Shown here one piece after another: positions 50,725 to 64,000 of a stretch of 64,000 nucleotides of DNA. Source of the DNA: Malacoraja senta (taxonomy: Eukaryota); NCBI GenBank assembly GCA_038087875.1, contig CM075993.1, positions 11,162,001 through 11,226,000 on the forward strand. Direction: 5' to 3'. The notes beneath the pieces were generated by a model. That model saw only the letters and a list, made by a program, of their open reading frames with translations, did no database searches and was not told where the DNA came from. Within the stretch, counting starts at the first letter, position 1; each line of letters opens with the position of its first letter. The position numbers and the translations under genes were made by a program.

Positions 50725-52582
50725 ATACAACCGTGGCTGAAAGGAGAAGTTAGGGATAGAATAAAATAAAAGATGTATAACACAGCAAAGAGTAGCCGGA
50801 AGCCAGAGGATTGGGAAACCTTCATAGGACAACAGAAGGAAACAAAACGGGCAATACGGGCTGAAAAGATGAAGCACTTAGGGAAGCTGGCCAGGAATAT
50901 AAAGAAGGACAGTAAAAGCTTCTTTAGATATGTTAAAGGAAAAAGAGTAGCAACGTCAAATGTGGGTCCCTTGAAGGTAGACACGGGTGAAATTATTATG
51001 GGGAACAATGAAATGGCAGAAGAGTTGAACAGGTACTTCGGATCTGTCCACTTAGGAAGACACAAACAATCTCCCAGATGTACTGCAGGACAGAGGATCT
51101 AAGGGGGTAGAGGAACTGAAAGAAATTTTCATAAGGCAAGAAATAGTATTGGGTAGGCTAATGGGACTGAAATCCCCGGGGCCTGATGGACTGCATCCCA
51201 GGGTCCTCAGGGATGTGGCTCTAGAAATAGTGGACGCATTGGTGATCATTTTCCAATGTTCAATAGATTCAGGATCAGTTCCTGTGGAATGGAGGATAGC
51301 TAATGTTATCCCACTTTTCAAGAAAGGGAGCGAGAGAGAGAAAACGGGGAATTACAGACCAGTTAGCCTGACTTCGGTGGAGGGAAAGATGCTGGAGTCA
51401 ATTATTAAAGAGGTAATAATGGGGCATTTGGATAGCGGTAAAAGGATTAGTCCGTCAACATGGATTTATGAAAGGGAAATCATGCTTGACTAATCTTCTG
51501 GAACTTTTTGAGGATGTGACACGTAAAATGGATGAAGGGGTGCCAGTGGATGTAGTGTATCTAGACTTTCAGAAAGCCTTTTATAAGGTCCCGCATGGGA
51601 GACTGGTGACTAAAATTAGAGCACATTGTATTGGGGGTAGGGTGTTGACGTGGATAGAAAATTGGTTGGCAGACAGGAAGCAAAGAGTAGGAGTGAACGG
51701 GTCCTTTTCAGAATGGCAGGCAGTGGCGAGTGGAGTGCCGCAAGGCTCGGTGTTGGGGCCGCAACTGTTTATCATATATATTAATGATTTGGAAGAGGGA
51801 ATTAGGAGCAACACTAGCAAGTTTGCGGATGACACTAAGCTGGGTGGCAGTGTGAACTGTGAAGAGGATGTTAGGAGGTTGCAGGGTGACCTGGACAGGT
51901 TGAGTGAGTGGGCAGATGCGTGGCAGATGCAGTATAATATAGATAAATGTGAGGTTATCCACTTTGATGGCAAAAACAAGGGGGCAGATTATTATAGGGC
52001 TCTGGTAAGACCACATCTGGAATATTGTGTACAGTTTTGGTCTCCTAATTTGAGGAAGGACATCCTTGTGATTGAGGCAGTGCAGCGTAGGTTCACGAGA
52101 TTGAACCCTGGGATGGCGGGACTGTCATATGAGGACAGATTGAAAAGACTAGGCTTGTATTCACTGGAGTTTAGAAGGATGAGGGGGGATCTTATAGAAA
52201 CATATAAAATTATAAAAGGACTGGACAAGCTAGATGCAGGAAAAATGTTCCCAATGTTGGGCGAGTCCAGAACCAGGGGTCACAGTCTTAGAATAAAGGG
52301 GAGGCCATTTAAGACTGAGGTGAGAAAAAACTTTTTCACCCAGAGAGTTGTGAATTTGTGGAATTCCCTGCCACAATTCCATAATTGGTAGTGGAGGCCA
52401 AATCACTGGATGGATTTAAGAGAGAGTTAGATAGAGGTCTAGGGGCTAGTGGAATCAAGGGATATGGAGGCACGGGTTATTGATTGGGAACGGTCAGCCA
52501 CGATCGCAATGAATGGCGGTGCTGGCTCGAAGGGCCGAATGTCCTCCTCCTGCACCTATTTTCTATGTTTCTATGTTTCTAT
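50725..52582 (+). mobile_element. Longest CR1 LINE fragment, most of ORF2 reverse transcriptase (frameshifted)
   Basis: [62 protein letters not shown]; (tttctatg)n tail. Confidence 0.95.
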
Positions 52583-54204
52583 GATATTGTCTCCAGAAAC
52601 AGTCCCAATACTTCAGGAATCAGGAGCAAGACCAGGCTATTTCACCAACTCTGAAGAAGGGTCTCGACCCTAAACGTCACCCATTCCTTCTCTCCAGAGA
52701 TGCTGCCTGTCCCGCTGAGTTACTCCAGCATTTTGTGTCTATCTTCGATGTAAACCAGCATCTGCAGTTCCTTCCTATACTTCCTCGAAACTTACCGAAT
52801 AGTGAAAGGCCCGGATAGCGTGGATGTTTCCGCTACGATACGATACAATAGAACTTTATCCCACGAGGGAAATTAATCTGCCAACAGTCATTAAACACGA
52901 GATACATCGACTTAAAGTGATGAGTGGAATGGATTGGGGATGTGCAAAGATTGGGAGCGGGGGGGTGGGGGTGGGGAGTCAGTCTCAGTCTCAGTCTACC
53001 CCACGACAGAAGGGGGAGGAGTTGTACAGTTTGATAGCCAGAGGGAAGAAGGATCTCCTGTGGCGTTCTGTGCTGCATCCTGGTGGAACCAGCCTGTTAC
53101 TGAAGGTGCTCCTCAGGTTGACCAGTGTGTCATGGATACTCTGTAGTTTGAGGAGCATCCTCCCCTCCAAGACCAACCTCCCATGAATCCAACTTCACCC
53201 CCAGGAGCTGTAGTCCTAGACTACCGGTGGGAGAATGTAGGACCACAGGCCACAGCCTCAGAATAAAAGGACGTACCTTTAGAAAGATGAGGAGGAATTT
53301 CTTTCGTCATAGGGTGGAATTCATTGCCACAGACGGCTGTGGAGGCCAAGTCAATGGATATTTTTAAGGCAGAGATTCTTGATTTGTACGGGTGTCAGAA
53401 GTTATGAGGAGAAGACAGGAGAATGGGATTGAGAGGGAAAGATAGATCAGCCATGATTGAATGGCAGAGTAGATTTGATGGGCCGAATGGCCTAATTCTG
53501 CTCCTATGAAGTTATGGACTTACTGTATGAACTGATAACATTTGAGTTTAGTTTATTGTCACATATACCAAGGTACTGTGAAAAGCTTTCGTTTTGTGCT
53601 AACCAGTCATTTGAAAGACTATACATGATTTACAATCGAGCCGTCCATAGAATACGTTAAAGGGAATAACGTGAATAGTTTTTAGTGCCAGATAATGTCC
53701 AGTAATGTCCGATCAAGATAGTCCGAGGGTCTCCAGTGAGGGAGATAGTAGATCAGGACTGGGGTCCGAAGACGGGTTTCGAAGTCTGTCTGAAGAAGGG
53801 TTTCGGCCCGAATCGTTGCCTATTTCCTTCGCTCCATAGATGCTGCTGCACCCGCTGAGTTTCTCCAGCATTTTTGTCTACCGTAGATCAGGACTGTCTA
53901 GTTGTTGATAGGATGGTCCAGTCACCCGATAACAGCTGGGAAGAAACTGGGAAGAAAAGTGTTTTCACACTTCTGTACCTCTTGCCTGATGGGAGAGGGG
54001 AGAAGTGGGAGTGACTGGTCCTTGATTATGCTGCTGGCCTTGCCGAGGCAGCGTGAGGTGTAGATGGAGTCAATGGAAGGGAGGTTGGTTTGCGATGATG
54101 GTCTGGGCTTCGTCTGCGATTCTACGCGTCGTTCTACGTGTCAGGTAGAATTTCTTTCCTCTGAACTCCAATGCCAATCCAACCTGCTCAACCCTTCCAC
54201 AAAG

Positions 54205-55320
54205 AAGATAGAACAGAACAGGCCCTTCAGCCCACAATGTCTGTGCCGATCATGACACCAAGACCAACTCTTACCTGCGTGCACATCATCCATATCCCTC
54301 CATTCCCTGCAAATCCATATCCATGTGCATATCCAAAAGCCTTGTATACACCACTCATGTATCTGCTTCAACCACCAACCTAACATTATGTTCCAGGCAC
54401 TCACCACCCTCTGTGTAAAAAACTTGCCCCGCACAATTTATATAAGCTTTGCCCCACTCACCTGAATGCTCTGCCCCCTAGTATTTGATATTTCCATCCT
54501 TGGGGAAAGAGTTCTGAATGTCTACCCTATTCATACCTCTCAGAATTTTTAATCCATCTATCAGGTCTCAGCTCAATCTCCAATGTTCCAGAGAAAATAA
54601 TCCAAGTCTGTCCAACCTCCCCCTGTGGCTAATACCCACTAATCCAGGCATCATTCTGGTAAGCCTCCTCTGCACCCTTTCCAAAGCCTCCGCATCCTTC
54701 CTGTAATGGGGGCGACCAGAACTGCACACAGTTTCTCCAAACGTGGCCTAACCCAAGTTGGGTAACACTTCATCATGACTGTTATACTCAATGCCCCAAC
54801 CAATGAAGGCACGCAGACCATATGCCTTCTTCACCACTCGACCTATATCTGCTGCAAATTTCAGGATTTGACAGGGTGATGTAATATATCTCAGTATTAC
54901 ATTGCAATATTTCATGTTCATAAGTGATAGGAGTAGAATTAGGCCATTCGGCCCATCAAGTCTACTCCGCCATTCAATTATGGGTGATCTATCTCGCCCT
55001 CCTAACCCCATTCTCCTGCCTTCTCCCCATAACCTCTGACACCCGAATTCCACAGATTCACCACCCTCTGACTAAAGAAATTTCTCTTCATCTTCTTCCT
55101 AAAAGAACCTCCTTTAATTCTGTGGCTATGACCTCTAGTCCTAGACTCTCCCACTAGTGGAAACATCCTCTCCACATCCACTCTATCCAAGCCTTTCACT
55201 ATTCTGTATGTTTCAATGAGATCCCCCTTTATTCTTCAAAAACTCCAGCGTGTAGAGGCCCAGTTCCGTCAAACGCTCATCATAGGTTAACCCACTCATT
55301 CCAGGGATCATTCTTGTAAA
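54205..55320 (-). mobile_element. Two older CR1 3' fragments
   Basis: RGKFFTQRVVSAWN and KGLDRVDVERMFPLVGESRTRGH. Confidence 0.75.
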
Positions 55321-55989
55321 ATATCTGATGTGCTGAGAATTGACGGCGCAGCTAGAGCTGCGTTCGGTGTCTTAAGATGGGACAGAGACATCAGTTATGG
55401 AAAAACAAGGAACTGCAGATGCTGGGATCTTGAGCAAAACACAAAGTGTTGGAGTAACTCAGTGGGTGAGGCAGCATCTCTGGAGGACATGGGTAGGTGA
55501 CGTTTCGGGCCGGGATTCTTCTTCAGACTGATTGACGACCCGTAACGTCACCTATCCAAGTCCTCCAGAGATAGGACATGGACTTGGACCTCAAGTCAAA
55601 ATGCTTCACCCCAGAATTAACCCCAGCGAACATTCTCTGATAGGGTTCTTTCCTGCTTTGGTAAGAGATGAGGCAGTACAGGTGTGTTCTCATTTCAGGT
55701 GTAGATTGTGACACGCCTTGGTCCTCATGACCCTGTGGGTCGAGATCTTCCAACTTCCGCTGCTGTTTGTGTTGAGAAATATTTCCCCATTCCCCCTGGA
55801 AGGTCGTCTTTCCCTGCAGCCAAGGTGTCAAGTTCTTTACACATCACAACATTGAGGTCATCCCTCCACATGCTCAAGGGAATAAAGGTCCAGAGACTGT
55901 AACTGGCCTCGTACTTTCACCTTTCCACCTCTGGTAACATTTAGTCTGAAGAAGGGTCTTGACCCGAAACGAAACGTTTCGTCTGCAGT

Positions 55990-56612
55990 AGTAAAGGGCT
56001 CTGGTGAGCCCACATCTGGTAAGACCACATCTGGTAAGACCACGTCTGGAGTATTGCGTACAGTTTTGGTCTCCTAATTTGAGGAAGGGCATCCTTGTGA
56101 ATGAGGCAGTGCAGCGTAGGTTGACGAGATTGATCCCAGGGACGGTGGGACTGTCATATGAGGGAAGATTGAAAAGACTAGGCTTGTATTCACTGGAGTT
56201 TAGAAGGATGAGGGGATATCTTATAGAAACATATAAAATTATAAAAAGGACTGGACAAGCTAGATGCAGGAAACATGTTCCCAATGTTGGGCGAGTCCAG
56301 AACCAGGGGCCACAGTCTTAGAATAAAGGGGAGGTCATTTAAGACTGAGGTGAGAAAAAACGTTTTCATCCAGAGAGTTGTGAATTTGTGGAATTCCCTG
56401 CCACAGAGGGCAGTGGAGGCCAAGTGACTGGATGGATTTAAGAGAGAGTTAGATAGAGCTCTAGGGGCTAGTGGAGTCAAGGGATATGGGGAGAAGGCAG
56501 GCACGGGTTATTGATAGGGGACGATCAGCCATGATCACAATGAATGGCGGTGCTGGCTCGAAGGGCCGAATGGCCTCCTCCTGCACCTATTTTCTATGTT
56601 TCTATGTTTCTA
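55990..56612 (+). mobile_element. CR1 LINE 3' fragment (same subfamily as 50725-52582)
   Basis: LVRPRLEYCVQFWSPNLRK...LGLYSLEFRRMRG; 15-nt stutter at the 5' junction. Confidence 0.9.
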
Positions 56613-57399
56613 CGTCACCCATTCCTTCTCTCCAGAGATGCTGCCTGTCCCGCTGAGTTACTCCAGCACTCTGTGTCTATCTCCAGAGATGCTGCCTGTC
56701 CCGCTGAGTTACTCCAGCACTCTCTGTGTCTATCTCCAGAGATGCTGCCTGTCCCGCTGAGTTACTCCTGCTTTCTGTCTTCTTTTGAACTTTTGACCTT
56801 AGTGTCATCTCGTGTCTTTTCTCCTCACTTTCAACTTTAGACTTTAGACATACAGTCACAGAAACAGGTCTTTCAGGCCATCGAGCCCGCACCAACCAGC
56901 TATCACCCCGTGCGTCAGCACTATCCTACACGCTAGGTACAACTTAAAAAAGCCAATTTTCCTATAAACCTGCATGTCTTTGGAGTGTGGGAGGAAACCA
57001 GAGCACCTGGAGAAAAACCCATATAGTCACGGGGAGAACGTGCAAACTCCATACAGACGGAACCCGTAGTCCGGATCGAACCCCAGTTTGCACATTCTCC
57101 CTGTGACATTGTGGGTTTTCTCAGGGTGCTCCGGTTTCCCGTCTACATTCCAATGACCTGCAGGTTTGTGGGTTAATTGGCTTCTGTAAATTGCCCCCAG
57201 TGTGTAGGATAGAACTAGTGTAGGGGTTGATCGATGGTCGGCGCGGACTCGGTGGGCCAAAGAGCCTGGTTCCACGCTGTATCTCTAAACTACACTAAAA
57301 GTAACAAGAAAAATGACTGTTACAAAAAAAGACATTAGTGCAAAAAATAATTGGAAAAATATACAAGTCCATGGTAGTGCGAGATGTGGCCCTTTGTGT

Positions 57400-57795
57400 T
57401 CCGTTGCCGAGGTGGGATTGGGGTTGTGGGAGTCGGGTCAAGAACCTGATAGTTGGAGGAAAGTAGTTGTTCCTGAACCTGGTGGTGTGGGACTTCAGGC
57501 TTCTGTACCTCCTGCCCGATGGTAGCAGTGAGAAGTGGGCACGGCCCTGATGGTGGGGATCCTTGGCGGTAGATGCCGTCGCCTTGAGGCAGTGCCCGGT
57601 GTCGATGCTTTCGATGGTGGGGTGGGCAGTACCCGTGATGGACCAGGCTGAGTCCACCACTCTCTGCAGCCTCTTGTGTTCCTGTGTGTTGGAATTGCTG
57701 CACCGGCCATGATGCTACCAGTCAGGATACTTTCTACACTGTGTCTGTAGAAGTTTGTCTGTGTATTTAGTGACACGCCGAGTCTCGTTAAACTT
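57400..57795 (-). mobile_element. Rex1/Babar LINE fragment
   Basis: NFYRHSVESILTG and KDPHHQGRAHFSLLPSGRRYRSLKSHTTRFRNNYFP. Confidence 0.8.
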
Positions 57796-59475
57796 CTAAG
57801 AGAGTAGAGGGTAACCAGTGTAGGAAGAAACTGCAGATGCTGGTTTATACCGAAGATAGATACAAAATGCAGGAGTAACTCTGCGCGTCAGGCAGCATCT
57901 CTGGAGACCCCTAGACCCTTCCAATTGACAATAGACAATAGACAATAGGTGCAGGAGTAGGCCATTTGGCCCTTCGAGCCAGCACCGCCATTCAATGTGA
58001 TCATGGCTGATCATCCCCAATCAGTACCCCGTTCCTGCCTTCTCCCCATATCCTCTGACTCCGCTATCTTTAAGAGCCCTATCTAACTCTCTCTTGAAAG
58101 TATCCAGAGAACCGGCTTCCACCGCCCTCTGAGGCAGAGGAAAGGGGTTGCAGACGGCAATATAGAGAGATATAGAACAATTGAATGAAAGATATGCATA
58201 TGATGTAAGGTGGAGCCCACAATGGTGCATTGTTGGCTTGTGGGTCACGTTATACAGACAGTGAAACTCAACAGGACGACAGTGAAACTAGCACCACGGC
58301 GAGGGTGGGGGAGGGACGGACAGAGAGGGGATGCAAGACTTACTTGAAGTTAGAGAAATCAAGGATCATACCGCTGGGTTGTAAGCTGCCCAAGCCAACC
58401 TGGACTTGCGGGTTTGTGTTACAGGGATAGGCTGTGACCTTTTTTTCTTTAGAGTCTAAAGAAGGGACTCGACCCTGAAACGTCAACTATTTCTTCTCTC
58501 CAGAGATGCTGCCTGACCCGCTGAGTTACTCCAGCCTTTTAGCTTAGTTTAGTTTAGAGATACAGGCCCTTCGGCCCAACAAGTCCGCACTGACCAAAGA
58601 TCCCCGCACATGAACACTTTCCTACACACATTAGGGACAATTTACACATAGCAAGCCCATTAACCTACAGACCTCGGAGAAAGCCCACGGGGAGAACGTA
58701 CAAACTCCGCGCCCGTAGTCGGGATCGAACCCGGGTCTCTGGCGCTGTAAGGCAGCTGTAACGCAGTAACTCTACCGCTGCGTATAGCCAATGTGTCTAA
58801 CGACGGGATTACCCTGGACTCAGGCAGAATGTCTCCATCCACCATCCCATCGGCGCGTCTCCAAAGACATTACTCCACTATCACAAGCTGAGCGCTCAGA
58901 GAGAAGGGGATGCGATTTTTCAGGCATTACATCATTTTTCACATTTCTGGAGCAAGAAGATTGTGTAAGACACATGCAGATGAACAGAAGCCCACAAAGG
59001 AATTTGCAAAATAAAACATCTCCCTAAAGGTCCAGACAATAGTCACGGCAAATAAAAGGACCTCTTCCCACATCCCACACAAGATAATGTCCTCCCCTCG
59101 GACCCCAGCTGATTGATTCCCCTTGTCTCCGTTGTGAAGGAGCTGTTTTTATTTAACTTCATAAGAATTACAGTCAAATCAAAAACAGGCCAATTTGACA
59201 CCAGCAATCTCTTGTCAAGCTACTAATAGAAACGAATTATTTAGAGCACGTCTGGAAGAGAAAACGTGTTTGACAGCTTTTTTTTTTTACACTTCCTCGC
59301 AAGGAGAAGAAAAAAATGCCCTGAAATAATCATCAAACATAATCAGGATGAAAAGTACCGCACAAATAATTCCGGCCGCCCCCTCCCCGTCAGAACACAA
59401 GAGACAGAGGCGACGGGAAGAACGTTTAGATGTGGATCCATCTGTTCTCAAAGCCCGCACATCACAGCCTGAAGT

Positions 59476-59505
59476 CTGAAGAAGGGTTTTGGCCCGAAAC
59501 GTTGC
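59476..59505 (+). ncRNA. Minimal hammerhead ribozyme-like core (variant B)
   Basis: CTGAAGA-a-gggt(tttg)gccc-GAAA-cg-TT at the start of a solo Penelope terminal-repeat unit. Confidence 0.55.
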
Positions 59506-60877
59506 CTATTTCCTTCGCTCCATAGATGCTGCCGCACCCGCTGAGTTTCTCCAGCAATTTTGTCCACCTTCGATTTTCCAGCATCTGCAGTTCCTTCTTG
59601 AACATCAAAGCCTGATCTAGGTATAGGGGCGGCGGTAGAGTTGCTGCCTCACAGCGCCAGAGACCCAGGTTCGATCCTGACTACGGGTGCTGTCTGTACG
59701 GAGTTTGTACGTTCTCCCCGTGCCCTTTTTGTGGGTTCACTCCATTTCCTGCCACACTCCACAAAGACATGCAGATTTATAGGTTAATTGGCAAATTGCA
59801 ATTGTAAATTGTCCCTCGTGTGTGTAGAGTAGTGTTTAACGTGCGGGGATCGCTGGTCAGTGCAGACTCGGTTCCTGTTTCCGCGCTGTATCTCTAAACT
59901 AAACCCACACACACACACATCTAGGCTGTACTAACCCACCCACACCTACAACACCCCCTCCCAGGGTTATCCCCACCCATGGATAATATCAAACCCCTTC
60001 ACTCCCACAAACACCCACAAAACAATAGCCCCTATTTCTCACCCACAGGTGGGGAATTGCATTGAGGGGTGGGGAAGTAGTGAGGGGTGAGGGTGGGGAA
60101 GTGGTTGTGGGGTGTAGGGTGAGTGAAGTGGGGGATGGGGGAGTGGGGGGGAGGTGGGATGTGGGGGTGGGGGGGATGGGAGGTTCTAAGCCCGTGGGAC
60201 ATCTCACACCCACAACGTGCTTTATCTCTTTCTAATACAATGTCACTCTCACGAATACTTGCGACAAGTATTCCTTTAAGACTTCATTTACGTTCTCTGG
60301 AGCCAATCGCAGATTCATTCCTCACGTGCCCTATCCTTTCCCTGGTTACTGCTGCCCTTCACATAGCTGTGAAATACCTTGGATTCCCCTTAATCCTGTC
60401 CACCCGTGCTATTCCATGCAGCCTCTTCATGCCCTAATTACTTTTCAAGTACCCCCCTGCACTTTCTATTCCCCAGGGGACCTGCCTTCAGATCTGTCTG
60501 CCAGTGGTAATCTTCCTCATTTTCCTGTATCCAACCCTTGATATCCCTTGTGTAGGAAGGAACTGCAGATGCTGGTTTAAACCGAAGATGGACACAAATT
60601 GCTGGAGTAACTCAGTGGGACAGGCAGCATCTCTGGAGTGAAGAAATGGGTGACGTTCCGGGTCGAGACCCTTCTTCAGATATCCCTTGATATTCAGGAT
60701 TCCCCAGACTTGCCTTCTCTACCTTTCACCCTTACGGGGGATGTGAGTTCCCACTGTTGAACTATTCCCACTACCTGCCTTACTCCTTTAGTGCTTTTGT
60801 ATGTCTGAAGACCCAGCAAAGACCCAGCTTGCATGTGTCCATGTGTGGTGTAAAGCCTGGCTTGCAACCGCAAAGAA

Positions 60878-61182
60878 GGGCGGCACGGTGGCGCAGCGGT
60901 AAAGTTGCTGCCTAAACAGCGCTTGCAACGCCGGAGACCCGGGTTCAATCCCGACTCCGGGTGCTGTCTGTACGGAGTTTGTACCTTCTCCCCGTGACCT
61001 GTGTAGGTTTTCTCCGGGATCTTCGGTTTCCTCCCACACGCCAATTGGCTTTGTATAATTGTAAATTGTCCCCAGTGTGTGTGTGTGTGCAGGATAGTGT
61101 TAGTGTGTGGGGATCGCTGGTCGGCACGGACTCGGTGGGCCGAAGGGCCTGATTCCACACTATATCTCTAAACTAAACTAAA
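60878..61182 (+). mobile_element. HE1-type V-SINE
   Basis: Full head gggcggcacggtggcgcagcggt through to the (ctaaa)n tail. Confidence 0.88.
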
Positions 61183-61638
61183 ACGTTTCATTAATTCATT
61201 AATAAATTTGCAGTTACAGGGCCTCAAGGGAAGAATGATTATATGAAGATTGAAAGTGTTTTAGAGCCAGGGTCATACAGTACAGGAACAGGCCCTTCGG
61301 CCCATGCTGGACACAAAGCTAGCTTAAATCTCCCCTTCCTGCAGGTGATCCATGTACCTGCATTCCCTGCATATCCATATGCCTATCTAAAAGCCTTTAT
61401 CGCATCCGGCAGTGTGATCCAGGCACCCCCTAGCGGGCAAATAACTTGCCCCCACGTATCCCTTGAACTTTGCCCATCTCACCATAAAGATCTTTGGCAT
61501 TTCCACCCTCTGATTAAGGTTCTGCGTGATGTGATGATGTATTCTCTCCAAACGCTGCTAAATTCTTGAGGAGCTAAAGACCATCACCATGGAGCTGATA
61601 TTAGTTTAGTATTAGATAGACACAAAAAGCTGGAGTAA

Positions 61639-62344
61639 AGGACCTGTCCCACTTGGGCGTCATTTGCGTGTCATTTACGCGACGGGCCGGTAGTGACTGA
61701 CGCGCGATGGTCGCACGACTATCGCGCACAAATCACGCGTCATCGTGCATCATCGTGCGTCAGCACAGCCGTCTGGTGCGCGTGATTCATTAGAATACCC
61801 TGCTTCCCTATTCTGCGTCATGACCATCATGGAAGAACTACTGATTTTATTGCTACAGCAACAACAGAGACGTCTGTTAGCAGCAGCCCTCGTACTGACA
61901 GATCAGCCAGGCAGGAGTACAACAAGAAAGGCTAGCAAGAAACCCAGGAAGAGGTCTGTGGGCGAGGTTAGAGGTTACATGACGCGTAAAAGGCGGGCCG
62001 ACTGCGTATGTGCGGCGCGCGGCGTCGGATGTTTACGGACGTTGACGCACGGTGACGTAACCATGCGTCACCAGCGTGCGTCACCACGCGATACAGCGTG
62101 CGTCGCCACCCCAATGCGTCAGCGTGCGTAAGCGATACATCACGCAGGTGGCGCGCGAGGATTTCGGTACACTCCGAAATCCTGGAGCGCCGCACGATAC
62201 CGCACGCCACTACACGCGAATCCACGCCTCACCATGCGCTATGCGCGCGTCACCCACGCGCCCCCCACTCGTCACGATGCCTAGACCAATTTTCTACATG
62301 ACGCGTAAATGAGGCACAAATGACGCCCAAGTGGGACAGGCCCT
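61639..62344 (+). mobile_element. Internally deleted PIF/Harbinger element (706 bp)
   Basis: ~43-bp TIRs beginning AGG(A/G)CCTGTCCCACT; TAA TSD at 61636-61638 and 62345-62347; removing it restores tggagTAActcagcggg. Confidence 0.9.
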
Positions 62345-62682
62345 TAACTCAGCGGGGCAGGTGTGAAGTGTTTAACTGTTAATTAACTGTTAATTAACTG
62401 TTACTGTTTTTCGTTCCAACATGCATAAATGGAGACTGCCAGGCAAGCCCGATCACCCAACCTTTGGTCAGGGGGAGAATGTAAAACTCCGTCGTCAGGA
62501 TCGAACCCGGGTCTCTTGCGCTGTGAGGCAGCAACTCTAACGCTGCGTCACCGTGCCATCCAGATACAGATAGTAGATTAAGAAACATGTGATGGTTAGT
62601 GATATATATAAGTCATCTGGATGAAAATGAATGTAGTCTGATCACAGATGGCACAAACACTGGAGTTATGGATAGTGAAGAA

Positions 62683-63064
62683 TGTTTTTGTTTTTTTTGT
62701 TTTTTTTGTTTTGTTTTTGTTTTGTTTATTTTATTAGAAATTAATACAATACAAAACAATACAGTGGCACCTAATTTTAGGTGCCAACTATGTCATAACG
62801 TAATGCATTCTATGTACAACCTCTAGTTTTATGTTTTTGAAAAGGAGGTAAAAATAAAAAAAAAGAAAGAAAAAAATAATAGAGAAAAGAAAGAGGAAAA
62901 ATAAATAGTAGAAAATAGAAAAACGTGAAGTGTGTATATAAGAAAAGAAAAAATAGAAAGTAGAAATAGTAGAAAAAGACCCTTAAAAAAGAAATTTTCA
63001 AATCTTTGTTTGGAGATGTAAATTTATCCACGACCTGACCTGAAATCAGTAATCTTTACGGTAC
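62683..63064 (-). mobile_element. 5'-truncated poly(A)-tailed retroposon end (L1/Tx1-like 3' UTR)
   Basis: T-rich tail at left; TSD tgaagaa at 62676-62682 and 63065-63071. Confidence 0.55.
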
Positions 63065-64000
63065 TGAAGAAAGTTTTTTTTAAAAACATTTTCTGTTTCG
63101 ATTTGAGATGGAGCCTTGGAGACACCAGGAACTGCAGATGCTGGAATCTTGAGTCAAATACAAAGTTCTGGAGGAACTCAGTAGGTCAGGCAGCCTCTGT
63201 GGAGGGAATAGACAGATGAGGTTTTGGGTCGGGATCCTTTTTCTGGTCTGACTCAGGATGAAGAATGGTCCTGACCCAATGCGATACGATACAATATGAT
63301 AGAACTTTATTTATCCCAGGAGGGAAATTGATCAGCCAACAGTCATAAAAGCACAAAATACACAAAACACATGAAACATTAAATTAAAGTGATGAGTGGA
63401 AAGGCTTGGGGGATGTGCAAAGATTGAGGTGGGGGGTGGGGGGGTGGGGGGGGAGTCAGTCTCAGTCTACACCATGACAGAAGGGGGAGAGGTTGTAAAG
63501 TTCAACATAATTTGTCCATTCCCTCCATAAGACACGGAATAGTGATCAACTTCAGGAAGCCAAGCGGTACCCATACCCCAGTTTTCATTAACGTTGCCAA
63601 AGTAGGTTGAAAACTTCAAGTTCCTGGGCTTCAATATCACCAACAACTTCTCATGAACCACCCATATTGAAGCTATTTCTTTGATGACCCTCGGACTATC
63701 CTTGATCGGACTTTGCTGGCTATCTTGCACTAAGCATTATTCCCCTATATATTGTAAATGGGTGTAAATGGACAAATTTTAACATGTCTTATCTTTCTGC
63801 TGACTGGATAGCACGCAACAATAGCTTTTCACTGTACCTCGGTACACGTAAACTAAACTGAACTGAAACACAGAAGCTGCCTATCCCGCAGAATTCCTCC
63901 AGCACTTTGTGAATCAGAAAGGGCCATATTTCTTTTTAATTTGATGATAATTTATATTAGCCTGACCACTCCCGGGAGATATTTTCTATATTAAAGCTTT

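Noticed and set aside
51468..52391. 307-aa reverse-transcriptase ORF as a functional or domesticated gene
   Set aside because: Part of a truncated, frameshifted, internally deleted CR1.
60878..60960. tRNA genes (here and at the other HE1 heads, and at 4868)
   Set aside because: A/B boxes run directly into SINE bodies and tails; I could not form a complete cloverleaf.

Overview
Vertebrate non-coding DNA, almost certainly from a cartilaginous fish (skate/ray-like). This is inferred from roughly 30 HE1-type V-SINEs and their partner CR1/HER1-type LINE tails. I can support no intact host protein-coding gene, tRNA, rRNA or CRISPR array. The window is a dense, heavily nested mosaic of 5'-truncated CR1, Rex1/Babar, L2, Tx1/L1 and RTE-derived fragments, Penelope-like (GIY-YIG) elements, two non-autonomous PIF/Harbinger elements, micro- and minisatellites, and a few unique-sequence islands that may be regulatory or carry small exons. 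Nearly all ORFs in the supplied track are transposon remnants or repeat artefacts. Most notable: (1) many minimal hammerhead-ribozyme cores in Penelope terminal repeats, which are also dispersed as short solo and fold-back units; (2) a CR1 insertion at 45.2-46.3 kb carrying 41 nt of private flanking sequence from a CR1 junction at 3.0 kb; (3) a TSD-flanked SINE resembling teleost AFC-type CORE-SINEs, alongside teleost-like L2 pieces; (4) two Harbinger elements sharing one TIR; (5) a local duplication in which one copy grew a minisatellite. Repeat boundaries are approximate unless a TSD is quoted, and family names come from recognition by eye, not a database search.
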